DNA of 56,354 bases from Alphaproteobacteria bacterium (GCA_045598925.1 JAZRVC010000009.1:1-56354), one strand, 5' to 3'. Positions 1 to 10,077 are shown, numbered from the stretch's first letter. Notes: generated from the letters alone by a model not told the origin. Numbers and translations: made by a program.

Positions 1-415
<415 letters not shown>

Positions 416-654
416 AATAAATATATTGAGTAGCTGTCCTGTGCATCAAATAATTACTTTCAATAAAAAGTTATTAACAGAAACCCTACAAAACTTTACC
501 AGTACATAACTTGTATACACTTTTTCGTTTTATAGTTCCTGATGCACAACAGCCCATAAATCTTGAGATCTGCAGCTATCCGTGCATCCGTTTCTTTTCA
601 TCCATATTCACTCTTTCTAACAACTTGTTCGGGCCAGATTTTCTGAAGCGAACA

Positions 655-722
655 GGGGGGATTATACAATAAACAAAAACGAAAGTCAAGTACTTTTTTG
701 AAAATTTTTTCTTTTTTTTAGA
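655..722 (-). promoter_or_regulatory. rRNA operon sigma70 promoter with UP element
   Basis: Minus strand TTGACT (689-684), N17, TATAAT (666-661), followed by a C-rich discriminator (CCCCCC). A-tracts lie upstream at 691-722. Confidence 0.85.
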
Positions 723-883
723 AAAACACCATCCCCAACCGAACCGATTATATAATTTTTGTATAAAAATCAATAAGATAAACATAAAACAAACTTTTTA
801 AAAAAAATAAAAATCCTCTATTTTTTACTTGTGCAATATCATAAGATGTGCTATCAAAAAAAATAAAAACAAAGGAGAAAAAA

Positions 884-2524
884 ATGACGAAATATGTTTT
901 TACAATGGGCGGTGTCGTTTCCAGTTTAGGGAAAGGGATTGCTTCGGCAACTTTAGGGGGGCTGTTGCAAGCCCGCGGATATAAAGTCCGCTTACGCAAG
1001 ATGGATCCCTATTTGAATATGGACCCCGGGGCTTTAAATCCGTATCAACACGGGGAAACTTTTATTACAGAAGATGGCGCCTGTACCGATTTGGATTTAG
1101 GCCACTATGAACGCTTTGCAGGTATCAACTGTCATAAAACAGACAGTGTTTCCGGCGGACGCATCTATTATAATGTGCTGGCGCGTGAACAAAGGGGCGA
1201 ATATATGGGGGGCACCGTGCAAATGATTCCCCACGTTAGTAATGAACTGAAATTGTTTATGGATTCCGATTTATCAGATGAAGACTTTGTTCTTTATGAA
1301 GTCGGTGGCACCGTGGGAGATATTGAAGGAACCCTCTTTTTAGAGGCTGTGCGTCAATTTATGAACGAAAAAGGACGCCAAAATTGCTGTGTCGTCTATC
1401 TGACACTGCTTCCTTATATAGATACAGCGGGCGAATTGAAAACTAAGCCCACACAACAGGCCGTCAAAAAATTATTAGAAGCAGGGATTCAAGCCAATGT
1501 CTTGCTCTGTCGGTCCAAAATCCCTTTGGGGACAGAGGAAAGAAAGAAGTTGGCCTTGTTCTGTAATGTGCCTGCCGATAACGTGGTATCGGCGTTGGAT
1601 GTCGGCAACATTTATGAATTACCCCTGTCTTATCACGAACAAGGATTAGACACATGTGTGTTAAATTACTTTGGAATGCCTTCCAGTGTGGATTTAAGCA
1701 AATGGGAACGAATCGTCGCCACCATGAAGAACTTCAAACATCGCACCAAAATCGCTGTTGTGGGAAAATATTGCCATTTAGAGGATGCCTATAAATCCTT
1801 AAAAGAAGCCATTACGCATGCCGGCATCAATCAAGACACCAAAGTGGATATTGATTGGGTGGATTCTGAAGATTTAGAAAATATTTCCGAGTCGGATTTA
1901 GACGCCAAATTGAATATCTATCAAGGTATTCTGGTCCCCGGAGGTTGTGGGGCGCACGGTACCGATGGCATTTTACGGGCGATTCGCTATGCGCGTGAAA
2001 AAAATATACCGTATTTCGGCATTTGCCTGGGCTTTCAATTATCCGTCATTGAAGCGATTCGCAACTTATATGGCGAAAAAAATGCTAATTCTACCGAATT
2101 TACCCCCGATTGCGTGCCTGTTATTGATCGCATGACCATCTGTGAAAAAGACGGGATTAAAATTGTGCAACCTGATGTCCAAGGCACCAACTCCAAAAAA
2201 AGATTAGGAAACGAAACCTGTACTTTGACGCCCAATTCTATCGTGGCACAATTATATGGCACAACCACCGTCGCCGAACGCCACCATAACAGGTATGAAA
2301 TGAATAACGCGTTCGCCCCTGTATTAGAAGAAAAAGGCATTAAAATTACGGGCACTTCCCATGAAGGGCTTTTGCCTGAATTTTTAGAAATGCCTTCTCA
2401 TCCTTTTTATATCGCGACGATGGCGCATCCTGAATATGCTTCAAAGCCCTTTGCCCCTCATCCTTTGTTTGTCGGGTTCATTAAGGCCACTTTAAAAAAG
2501 GCCGGGGTGTTGGATAAAGAATAA
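884..2524 (+). CDS. pyrG: CTP synthase (divergent)
   Basis: Motifs GGVVSSLGKG, DPYLN.DPG, DLDLGHYERF, GGTVGDIE, KTKPTQ, GICLG and HPE. Start moved to ATG 884 after an AAGGAG RBS. Confidence 0.95.
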   Translation: MTKYVFTMGGVVSSLGKGIASATLGGLLQARGYKVRLRKMDPYLNMDPGALNPYQHGETFITEDGACTDLDLGHYERFAGINCHKTDSVSGGRIYYNVLAREQRGEYMGGTVQMIPHVSNELKLFMDSDLSDEDFVLYEVGGTVGDIEGTLFLEAVRQFMNEKGRQNCCVVYLTLLPYIDTAGELKTKPTQQAVKKLLEAGIQANVLLCRSKIPLGTEERKKLALFCNVPADNVVSALDVGNIYELPLSYHEQGLDTCVLNYFGMPSSVDLSKWERIVATMKNFKHRTKIAVVGKYCHLEDAYKSLKEAITHAGINQDTKVDIDWVDSEDLENISESDLDAKLNIYQGILVPGGCGAHGTDGILRAIRYAREKNIPYFGICLGFQLSVIEAIRNLYGEKNANSTEFTPDCVPVIDRMTICEKDGIKIVQPDVQGTNSKKRLGNETCTLTPNSIVAQLYGTTTVAERHHNRYEMNNAFAPVLEEKGIKITGTSHEGLLPEFLEMPSHPFYIATMAHPEYASKPFAPHPLFVGFIKATLKKAGVLDKE

Positions 2525-2531
2525 AGGCGCA

Positions 2532-3188
2532 ATGGATAAAGCAGTACTTCACGGCATAGAAATAGCCCTGCGACCGAATCGGCGGGCCAGGAATTTACGG
2601 CTTTCTATCAATAAAGAAGGACAGCCTGTTTTGACGATTCCTTTTTTATGTTCCCAAAGGCGCGCTTTAAAATGGGCGGAATTACAACTGGGATGGATTC
2701 AAAAAAATTCTTTTACCCCGTCACGGTTTGTTTTAGGGGGCCAATTTTCCCTGTTGGGTCAAGAAGTCCAACTTCAAAAAAGTCCCAAAAAAATGACTTA
2801 TCTGACCGATTCTGTTCTTTATATAGCGGGGGAACCGGAATTTATCCATCGGCGCACCAAAGATTTTATTAAAAAAGCCTTACTTCCTGTCTTACAAAAA
2901 AAGGTCAAAGAAAAAGCCACCCGATTGGGCACACCCTATAAACGCATCAGTATTAAAGAAACCTCCAGCCGTTGGGGCAGTTGTTCCAGTCAAGGGAATT
3001 TAAGTTTTTGTTGGCGAATCGCTTTAGCCCCCACAGAAGTGCTGGATTATTTGGTGGCGCATGAAGTGGCCCACCTGAAACACATGAATCACAGCCCCCG
3101 TTTTTGGAAAACGGTTTCAGAATTGACCCCGCACACCTTGATGGCGAAAAGGTGGCTAAAAACCAACGGGCACAAACTCCCCAAATAA
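2532..3188 (+). CDS. YgjP/DUF45-family (M48/SprT-like) zinc metallohydrolase
   Basis: SRWGSCS and DYLVAHEVAHLKHMNHSPRFW (HExxH) signatures. Confidence 0.85.
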   Translation: MDKAVLHGIEIALRPNRRARNLRLSINKEGQPVLTIPFLCSQRRALKWAELQLGWIQKNSFTPSRFVLGGQFSLLGQEVQLQKSPKKMTYLTDSVLYIAGEPEFIHRRTKDFIKKALLPVLQKKVKEKATRLGTPYKRISIKETSSRWGSCSSQGNLSFCWRIALAPTEVLDYLVAHEVAHLKHMNHSPRFWKTVSELTPHTLMAKRWLKTNGHKLPK

Positions 3189-3189
3189 C

Positions 3190-3672
3190 TTATTTGTTAT
3201 AATCCAACGTTTCGTCGTGAATATATTCCACTTTGACACCAGCGGCCAATAACATTTCTTCGGCCTCTCCGCCCGCATGGTATTTATATTCCGCAACCAC
3301 CCGTTTGATACCGCAGGCAATCAAGAGCATGGCACAAGTGCGACACGGTGCCAATTTGCAATAGATAGTCGCGCCTTCAATAGACACCCCCCGTTTGGCA
3401 GCCTGACAAATCGCATTTTGCTCGGCGTGAATCGTGCGCATACAATGTTCGCGAATCGTACCGTCTTCATCTATCACTTTTTTCATCAAATGGCCGACTT
3501 CATCACAATGGGGCAATCCCGCAGGAGATCCCACATAGCCCGACACCACAATTTGATTATCCTTTACAATCACACAGGCTGTACGCCCCCGATCACAGGT
3601 CGCGCGCTTGGCCAAAGCATGCATCACATCCAAAAAGTATTCATCCCACGTAGGGCGTTGATAAGTTTCCAT
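3190..3672 (-). CDS. dCMP deaminase (ComEB/DCTD family)
   Basis: RPTWDEYF N-terminus, RATC, and HAE plus PCxxC zinc motifs. AGGAGG RBS. Confidence 0.9.
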   Translation of the reverse strand: METYQRPTWDEYFLDVMHALAKRATCDRGRTACVIVKDNQIVVSGYVGSPAGLPHCDEVGHLMKKVIDEDGTIREHCMRTIHAEQNAICQAAKRGVSIEGATIYCKLAPCRTCAMLLIACGIKRVVAEYKYHAGGEAEEMLLAAGVKVEYIHDETLDYNK

Positions 3673-3748
3673 GAGATACCTCCTTTAGGTCTATTTTAGA
3701 AAAAAGAAAACGATTGTCAACGAAAAAGGATGCCCCCCAGAATAAATC

Positions 3749-3777
3749 TTGCGATTTTGGAAACGATTCGCTATAAT
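3749..3777 (+). promoter_or_regulatory. sigma70 promoter of xseA (leaderless configuration)
   Basis: TTGCGA (3749-3754), N17, TATAAT (3772-3777), then 6 nt to ATG 3784. Confidence 0.7.
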
Positions 3778-3783
3778 AAAAGC

Positions 3784-5034
3784 ATGAATGAACAACCTAT
3801 TTTATCTGTTTCAGAAATCTCTCTTTCATTAAAAAGTTGTGTAGAACAAATCTTTGGCCATGTCCGTGTGAAAGGGGAAGTGAGTGATGTCAAACGCGCC
3901 AGTTCCGGCCACATCTATTTTACCCTAAAAGATAAAGACGCGGTACTGTCGGCGGTGTGTTGGCGGGGTAAAAGTGCCGCCACAAACCAAGCCATTCAAG
4001 CCGGGTTAGAAATCGTTTGTACGGGGAAACTTTCCACTTATCCGGGGCGTTCCAACTATCAAATGATTGTAGAAACAGCCGAACCCGCCGGCATAGGGGC
4101 CCTTTTAAAACTGTTAAACGAACGCAAAGAAAAGTTGGAAAAAGAAGGCCTGTTTGAAGCGTGTCATAAAAAACCCATCCCCTATTTACCCGAAACCATC
4201 GGTGTGATTACCAGCCCGACGGGGGCTGTTATTCGGGATATCATCCACAGGCTGACGGATAGATTCCCCCGCCACGTCTTGGTGTGGCCGGTGGCAGTTC
4301 AAGGCGAAGAATGTGCCGCACAAGTCGCAGGGGCGATTCGGGGATTTAATCACCTACCTTCCCCCTTGCCCAAACCGGATGTTCTGATTGTGGCACGCGG
4401 GGGCGGATCGTTGGAAGATTTATGGGGCTTTAATGAAGAAGAAGTCGTGCGCGCCGCTTTTGAAAGTCAAATTCCCATTATTTCGGCGGTAGGACACGAA
4501 ACAGATACTACCTTGATTGATTATGTGGCCGATTTACGGGCCCCCACCCCAACGGGAGCCGCCGAAAAAGCCGTCCCAATGCGCTTGGAATTAGTGGAAA
4601 AATTATCCCTGATAGGAAATCGCCTGACCCAAGCGTTGCATCGCACCCTTTCAGAAAAGGACTTACATTTAAAATCAACGCTGCGGCTTTTACCGAATTT
4701 AACAGAAATGATTCATCAATTTACGCAAAGAGTGGATGACAAAACCGAACGCTTACATCAAAACATTCAGCATTATTTGAAATTTCAAGCGGAACGTTTT
4801 ACCGCTTTGGGGCGATTGTTGGATTCTTATTCTTATCAGGGCGTTTTAAAACGGGGATTTGCTTTGGTTCAATCTCAAGGCGGTCAAGTGATGACTTCTG
4901 TTTTAAAGGCTCAAGAAAGCAAAAAACTGGATATTGTCTTCTTTGATGGAAAAATGCCAGTTATCCCATTGAATAAAAAAGAAAATTCAAAGAATAATTT
5001 CAATGATTTACAGGGCGATTTGTTCAAAATGTAA
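3784..5034 (+). CDS. xseA: Exodeoxyribonuclease VII large subunit
   Basis: Motifs SGHIYFTLKD, IGVITSPTGAVIRDI, ARGGGSLEDLWGFNEE, SAVGHETD and RAPTPT. Start taken as ATG 3784. Confidence 0.95.
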   Translation: MNEQPILSVSEISLSLKSCVEQIFGHVRVKGEVSDVKRASSGHIYFTLKDKDAVLSAVCWRGKSAATNQAIQAGLEIVCTGKLSTYPGRSNYQMIVETAEPAGIGALLKLLNERKEKLEKEGLFEACHKKPIPYLPETIGVITSPTGAVIRDIIHRLTDRFPRHVLVWPVAVQGEECAAQVAGAIRGFNHLPSPLPKPDVLIVARGGGSLEDLWGFNEEEVVRAAFESQIPIISAVGHETDTTLIDYVADLRAPTPTGAAEKAVPMRLELVEKLSLIGNRLTQALHRTLSEKDLHLKSTLRLLPNLTEMIHQFTQRVDDKTERLHQNIQHYLKFQAERFTALGRLLDSYSYQGVLKRGFALVQSQGGQVMTSVLKAQESKKLDIVFFDGKMPVIPLNKKENSKNNFNDLQGDLFKM

Positions 5035-5167
5035 TTACAAAAGACTTACATTTTATCAGACCTTAACAACAATGTAATTACGTCTTTTTCGGGAAAAATA
5101 GTCCTCTTTTTTGTAAATACAAAGTAATTACTATCCGTTTAAAAAGTATTCACAATGTAATTACATT
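5027..5167. repeat. Cluster of GTAATTAC palindromes
   Basis: Exact copies start at 5031, 5074, 5124 and 5157; variants start at 5042, 5113 and 5146. AATGTAATTACATT (5154-5167) is a perfect 14-bp palindrome. Confidence 0.8.
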
Positions 5168-5255
5168 TATAGCCCCAACCCACCAAATATCTGTATTTAT
5201 TTAATACAATATAAACACTATCCTATTGAAAAGAAACAATTATTTATAATATAAA

Positions 5256-8200
5256 TCAATCCTGGTTATGCGGATGGAATCTTTCCACAATCCGTTGAAT
5301 CAAGACATAGAACAACGGGGTAAAGCCCAAAGCCAAAATCGTCCCCAGTGTCATTCCCCAAAAGACGGGTGTCCCCAAAGACCGACGAGAGCCAGACGCC
5401 GCCCCTGTCGCCCAAATCATCGGCATCACCCCCAACACAAAGGTAAAGGCGGTCATCAACACGGCTCTAAACCGTTGGGTGAGTCCATGCAAAGCGGCCG
5501 TCACGGCATCTGTGCCTTGATTATATTCGTCTTTGGCAAATTCCACGATTAAAATACAACTTTTGGCAGAAAGCCCAATCAATAAGACAAGTCCCAACTG
5601 AGCATAAATGGACAGTGGCAATCCTGTTATCCAAAGACCCAACAACCCGCCCGCAATAGCAAAAATCACACTCATCAAAACGGAAATCGGCACAATCCAA
5701 CTTTCGTACTGTGCTACCAAAAACAGGTACGCAAACAACACCGCCAACAAAATCACCCAAGAAATTTGCCCTTGGTTTTCTTTTTCCTGATAACTCATCC
5801 CTGACCATTCATAGCCATAGGTTTTGGGTAGAACTTGCTTGGCCAACTTTTCCAATTGTTCCATCGCTTCACCGGAACTGACCTGATTAGACTGCATCAC
5901 AGTCAATCCCGCCGCCGGATATTGATTATATCGGGTAATTTGACGCGGTGCCAACAGATGACGAATAGAAACAAAAGTCTTTAACGGCACCATTTTCCCC
6001 ACCACGTTCGGCACATAAAGTTTATCCAAACTTTCCAAATTACGGCGATATTTCCAATCGGATTGCACAATCACTTTATTGACTTGCGTCCCGAAATTCA
6101 CGTCATTCACATAGCCGGACCCCAAATAACTTTCCAAAGCGGCAAAGAGATTAGACATCGGCACATTCATACTTTCGGCCTTTATCCGATCAATTTCCAA
6201 AAAGATATTTGGCGTTTTTGAGGTAAAATCGGAATAACCATACATAAATTCGGGGTGTCCCGCCAAAGATTCAATCAACGCTATGGCGTTATTATCCAGC
6301 GCTCCATAATCCAAATCATTAAACGATTGAATTTTAAAATTGAGCCCCCCTGACAGTCCCAATCCCGGAATAGCGGGCATTTCAAACAATTGAAATTCCG
6401 CTTCGGAAATCTTTGAAAATTCCTGACGCAAAGTATTTAAGACTTCCGTGGAATACAAACTCTTCTTTGTCCGTTGGTCCCAAGGTGTCAAAACGATAAA
6501 GCCCATCGCGACATTTTCCCCCATCCCTAAGGTCATAGACATCCCTTCTACCACCACAAAATTTTTAATTTCTTTATGTGATTCCAAAATCGGACGCATT
6601 TGTTGAATGACCGCATCTGTGCGCCCCATACTGGCACCTTCTGGCAAACTGACACTGACCAAAATCATCCCTTGGTCTTCATCGGGCAAAAAGGAAGTTT
6701 GTAAATGTTTAAATAACAACATGGAACCGGCCGTACACAAAATAAAGACAATCGCAACCATCATCATTTTACGGGACATTTTGGAAACGATATGACGGCT
6801 ACCATCCGTACAACGCGCCATCCATTTATTAAACCACACCAACGGTTTAAAGGTGGTCGCGGATGTTTTTCTAAAAAATCTGGACGCCAAAGCAGGAGCC
6901 AACGTCAAAGCACAAAGGGTGGAAAAGCAAACGGCCATACAAATAGTCACCGAAAATTGTTGGTAAATTTTACCCGTAATACCCCCTAAAAATGCAATCG
7001 GCACAAAAATAGCCAACAAAACCAACGTGGTGGCAATAAGAGCCCCCGAAATTTCACGCATGGTTTGAACGGTGGCCTCTATAGGACTTTTTCCTTCATT
7101 CACCAAAAAGGTCGCCCGTTCGGTCACACAAATGGCATCATCCACCACCACACCGATGGCCAACAACAACCCAAACAAAGTGAACATATTGATAGAATAC
7201 CCCAAGGCCGCCATCACAATAAAAGAAGCCAGCAAAGACACAGGGATCGTTAAAGTCGGCACCAAAGTCGCCCGCCAATCTTGTAAAAAGAGATACACCA
7301 CCAAAATCACCAACAAGAACGTGGCAATCAATGTCCACGCCACTTCTTCCACAGACGCGGAAATATAATCGGTAAAATCCATCGTAATATTATATTTTAA
7401 ACCGGTCGGGAAAAATTGTTCCAACCGTTTTAATTCAGACCGCACCCCTTTAATTGTTTCCAAAGCGTTGGCCCCGGAAGTCAAATTGATCAACATCCCC
7501 ACGGATGTATGGCGACCATAAAAGGCTTCATGGGAATAATCTTCAGATCCGATTTCAACCCGGGCAATATCGGACAAACGTAAAATACCCCCTTCTTCAT
7601 TGGTGCGAATCACAATGTCGGCAAATTCTTCCGGTGTAGAGAGACGACCGGTTGTTTGTAAAGAATACACCATACCTTCGGAATCATCATTCGGACGCAA
7701 GCCTAATTTTCCCAAAGAGGGTTGATAGTTTTGTCCCGCAATCGCCGCCCGAATTTTTTCGGCCGATAGATTCAAGGAAGCCATTTTATCCGAATCCAGC
7801 CAAACCCGCATACTTTTTTTGGCCCCGTAGATATTGACCTCTCCCACGCCATTCACTTTACTTAAAGGTTTAATCACGTTGTTTTGGATATAATCGTTCA
7901 TATCTCGGGCCAACATACTGTCATCTTCGGAATAAAAACTTAAAAACGCCAACATACTGGACGAGGCTTTATTCACCTTTAAACCATATCTTTGCACTTC
8001 CACAGGCAACAGATTTAAGGCTTGTTGCACCCGATTTTGGACTTTCACCATCGCCATATCGGGATCCACACCTGATTTAAAAGTAATCGTCAACGTGTAA
8101 TTGCCATCCATAGAGTTAGATGACATATAAATCATATCATCCACCCCATTGATGCTGTCTTCCAAAGGAATCCCGATTGTTTTGGCAACAGTATCGGCAC

Positions 8201-8360
8201 TGGCCCCGGGATAACTGGCCCGGACACGGACTTCAGGCGGGGTGACCGTTGGATACAAATCCACAGGCAATTGGAATAAACAAATAGCCCCTGCTAAAGA
8301 CAAAATCAAAGACAGAACAGCGGCAAAACGGGGACGATTGATGAAAAATTGAGAAAACAT
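5256..8360 (-). CDS. RND efflux permease (AcrB/HAE1 family)
   Basis: 1034 aa with FFINRPRFA N-terminus, AIGVVVDDAI (TM4 DD), GLSAK (TM10 K) and RFRAVLMT. Confidence 0.95.
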   Translation of the reverse strand: MFSQFFINRPRFAAVLSLILSLAGAICLFQLPVDLYPTVTPPEVRVRASYPGASADTVAKTIGIPLEDSINGVDDMIYMSSNSMDGNYTLTITFKSGVDPDMAMVKVQNRVQQALNLLPVEVQRYGLKVNKASSSMLAFLSFYSEDDSMLARDMNDYIQNNVIKPLSKVNGVGEVNIYGAKKSMRVWLDSDKMASLNLSAEKIRAAIAGQNYQPSLGKLGLRPNDDSEGMVYSLQTTGRLSTPEEFADIVIRTNEEGGILRLSDIARVEIGSEDYSHEAFYGRHTSVGMLINLTSGANALETIKGVRSELKRLEQFFPTGLKYNITMDFTDYISASVEEVAWTLIATFLLVILVVYLFLQDWRATLVPTLTIPVSLLASFIVMAALGYSINMFTLFGLLLAIGVVVDDAICVTERATFLVNEGKSPIEATVQTMREISGALIATTLVLLAIFVPIAFLGGITGKIYQQFSVTICMAVCFSTLCALTLAPALASRFFRKTSATTFKPLVWFNKWMARCTDGSRHIVSKMSRKMMMVAIVFILCTAGSMLLFKHLQTSFLPDEDQGMILVSVSLPEGASMGRTDAVIQQMRPILESHKEIKNFVVVEGMSMTLGMGENVAMGFIVLTPWDQRTKKSLYSTEVLNTLRQEFSKISEAEFQLFEMPAIPGLGLSGGLNFKIQSFNDLDYGALDNNAIALIESLAGHPEFMYGYSDFTSKTPNIFLEIDRIKAESMNVPMSNLFAALESYLGSGYVNDVNFGTQVNKVIVQSDWKYRRNLESLDKLYVPNVVGKMVPLKTFVSIRHLLAPRQITRYNQYPAAGLTVMQSNQVSSGEAMEQLEKLAKQVLPKTYGYEWSGMSYQEKENQGQISWVILLAVLFAYLFLVAQYESWIVPISVLMSVIFAIAGGLLGLWITGLPLSIYAQLGLVLLIGLSAKSCILIVEFAKDEYNQGTDAVTAALHGLTQRFRAVLMTAFTFVLGVMPMIWATGAASGSRRSLGTPVFWGMTLGTILALGFTPLFYVLIQRIVERFHPHNQD

Positions 8361-8361
8361 A

Positions 8362-9486
8362 TTAAACCTCCGTGGTCAGCGGTCGGACTTGTTGTCCATT
8401 ATGTAATTTTTGTCCGCCCGACAAAATAACGGTATCGGATGGTTGTAATCCGTCCAAAACAAATGCCCGACCATTGATTAAATCCCCCACACGCACATAT
8501 TGTTGTTGAATCGTGTTATCCGAATTTACTTTCATCACATAGGTTCCATTGGCATCATTATAAATCGCACTCTGGGGTAAAGTTAAAGCATCTTGCGCTG
8601 CAGAATCATCCACCAAAATCGTGACATAGTTATTCGGCAACAACAGCCCTTCTTCATTATTAAATTCCGCATACAAAGAAACAGTGGCTGTTTGCCGATC
8701 CATTTCATTATCCACAAATAATTTTTCGGCCGTCACGGGTAAAATACTTTTATCGGATAATTCAACGCGTAAATGTTGTCCAATCATTTCCCCGTTTTGT
8801 TGAATAAAGCGTTGCATACTAAGGTATTCTTTATCCGTTAAAGAAAAATTGATTTTGACAGGTGTGATTTGGACCAAACGTGCCAAAGGTTCCCCTAACG
8901 TTACATAGTTTCCTTTGGTTTTTAACGCCTCACCCATTTGACCGGTAATCGGGGCCTTCACTTCGGTATGTTTCATATCAATTTCCGCCAAAGTTAAATT
9001 CGCCCGTGCTTGTTCCACCATTGCTTCCGCCTGCAAACGCTTACTTTCGGATTTTTCCAAATCAGCCGTTGAAACATACTTATCCTTATACAGTTCTTCC
9101 TGACGCTTATAATCATTTTGAATTTGCTTTAAATCAGCCTCTGCTTTCGCCAAAGTAGCCTTTGCCACCGCCAAAGCCGCCCGATATTTATCAGAATCTA
9201 TCCGAAACAGCGTATCGCCTTCTTGAACCATTTGGCCGTCTTCAAACAGAACTTCTTCAATCTCACCCACCACTTGGGGACGCACATCCACAGCATTTAA
9301 AGGGCTCACCAGCGCAATAAAACGCCGTGCACTATTCAAAGATTGTTCTTGGGCTTTGCCTGTCGGCACAAAAGGCGCCCCACTCTTTTGCGTTTGAGGC
9401 GCAGATGTATTTTGTGCATAACGCACAGCATACCCCCCCATAAAACAGACCGCAGCAAATACACAAACTAACAAAATCTTTTTCAT
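8362..9486 (-). CDS. RND membrane fusion protein (AcrA-like)
   Basis: Lipoyl halves VDVRPQVVGEI...FEDGQMV...LFRID and TEVKAPITG flank a coiled coil. Start taken as ATG 9486 after a GAAGGGG RBS. Confidence 0.92.
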   Translation of the reverse strand: MKKILLVCVFAAVCFMGGYAVRYAQNTSAPQTQKSGAPFVPTGKAQEQSLNSARRFIALVSPLNAVDVRPQVVGEIEEVLFEDGQMVQEGDTLFRIDSDKYRAALAVAKATLAKAEADLKQIQNDYKRQEELYKDKYVSTADLEKSESKRLQAEAMVEQARANLTLAEIDMKHTEVKAPITGQMGEALKTKGNYVTLGEPLARLVQITPVKINFSLTDKEYLSMQRFIQQNGEMIGQHLRVELSDKSILPVTAEKLFVDNEMDRQTATVSLYAEFNNEEGLLLPNNYVTILVDDSAAQDALTLPQSAIYNDANGTYVMKVNSDNTIQQQYVRVGDLINGRAFVLDGLQPSDTVILSGGQKLHNGQQVRPLTTEV

Positions 9487-9575
9487 TTTTTCCCCTTCAT
9501 TTAATATAAAAAACAAGTACTCTTTTTTGATTAAAAAATCAAGATTGAAAATTCAAAAATAAGTGTCGTGGATAA

Positions 9576-9662
9576 TGGTGCCCAGGAAAAGACTCGAACT
9601 TTCACCCCTTTGACAGGACTAGCACCTGAAGCTAGCGCGTCTACCAATTTCGCCACCTGGGC
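9576..9662 (-). tRNA. tRNA-Leu(CAG)
   Basis: Minus strand GCCCAGGTGGCGAAATTGGTAGACGCGCTAGCTT-CAG-GTGCTAG...GTTCGAGTC...CTGGGCACCA, with a long variable arm. TTGACT-N17-TACAAT promoter upstream. Confidence 0.95.
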
Positions 9663-9782
9663 AACGGGGAAAATTGTAATCTATTCTAGGGAAAAAGTCA
9701 AGCAAAAATTCAATCTGTAAAGACCCCAATTTCTTTTTAGGGCTTGCTTATTTCAAAGAAATCCGATATAATAAAGCCCGTT

Positions 9783-9859
9783 GCGCCCGTAGCTCAGCTG
9801 GATAGAGTATTGCCCTCCGAAGGCAAGGGTCGTGAGTTCGAATCTCGCCGGGCGCGCCA
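9783..9859 (+). tRNA. tRNA-Arg(CCG)
   Basis: GCGCCCGTAGCTCAGCTGGATAGAG...TTGCCCT-CCG-AAGGCAA...GTTCGAATC...GGGCGCGCCA. Confidence 0.95.
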
Positions 9860-10029
9860 AAAATAAAGCACCCCGATGGGTGTCTTTTTTTTGGAGTTAT
9901 CCGACGAGGTGAGATACTCACGAAGTGAGGTCGGTGAGCCATCAGCGAACGACGCCGCAGGCGATCCCTTTAGGGATGAGGCCTTTAAGGCCGAACAGAC
10001 GAGCCAAGCGCGCCAAAAATAAAGCACCC
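9852..10029. mobile_element. Possible tRNA-integrated mini-element or remnant bounded by a 22-bp direct repeat
   Basis: GCGCGCCAAAAATAAAGCACCC occurs at 9852-9873 (overlapping the tRNA-Arg 3' end) and at 10008-10029. The interior is GC-rich with several short hairpins and has no credible ORF. Confidence 0.55.
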
Positions 10030-10077
10030 TTTAAAAACAAAACAGATAAACCGAGTATGTGCTTTTTTAATTTCTTC

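Noticed and set aside
5027-5167. CRISPR array or dif site
   Set aside because: The repeats are only 8-14 bp with irregular spacing, there are no cas genes, and there is no XerC/XerD 11-6-11 consensus.
5256-9486. RND pair lacking a TolC gene; likewise mlaEF lacking an adjacent mlaD
   Set aside because: Unlinked partner genes are common, and their absence cannot be judged from one window.
9974-9998. GATGAGGCC-TTTAA-GGCCGAAC resembles a hammerhead ribozyme core
   Set aside because: It has GGGAUGA instead of CUGAUGA and GAAC instead of GAAA, and I found no convincing stems I and III.
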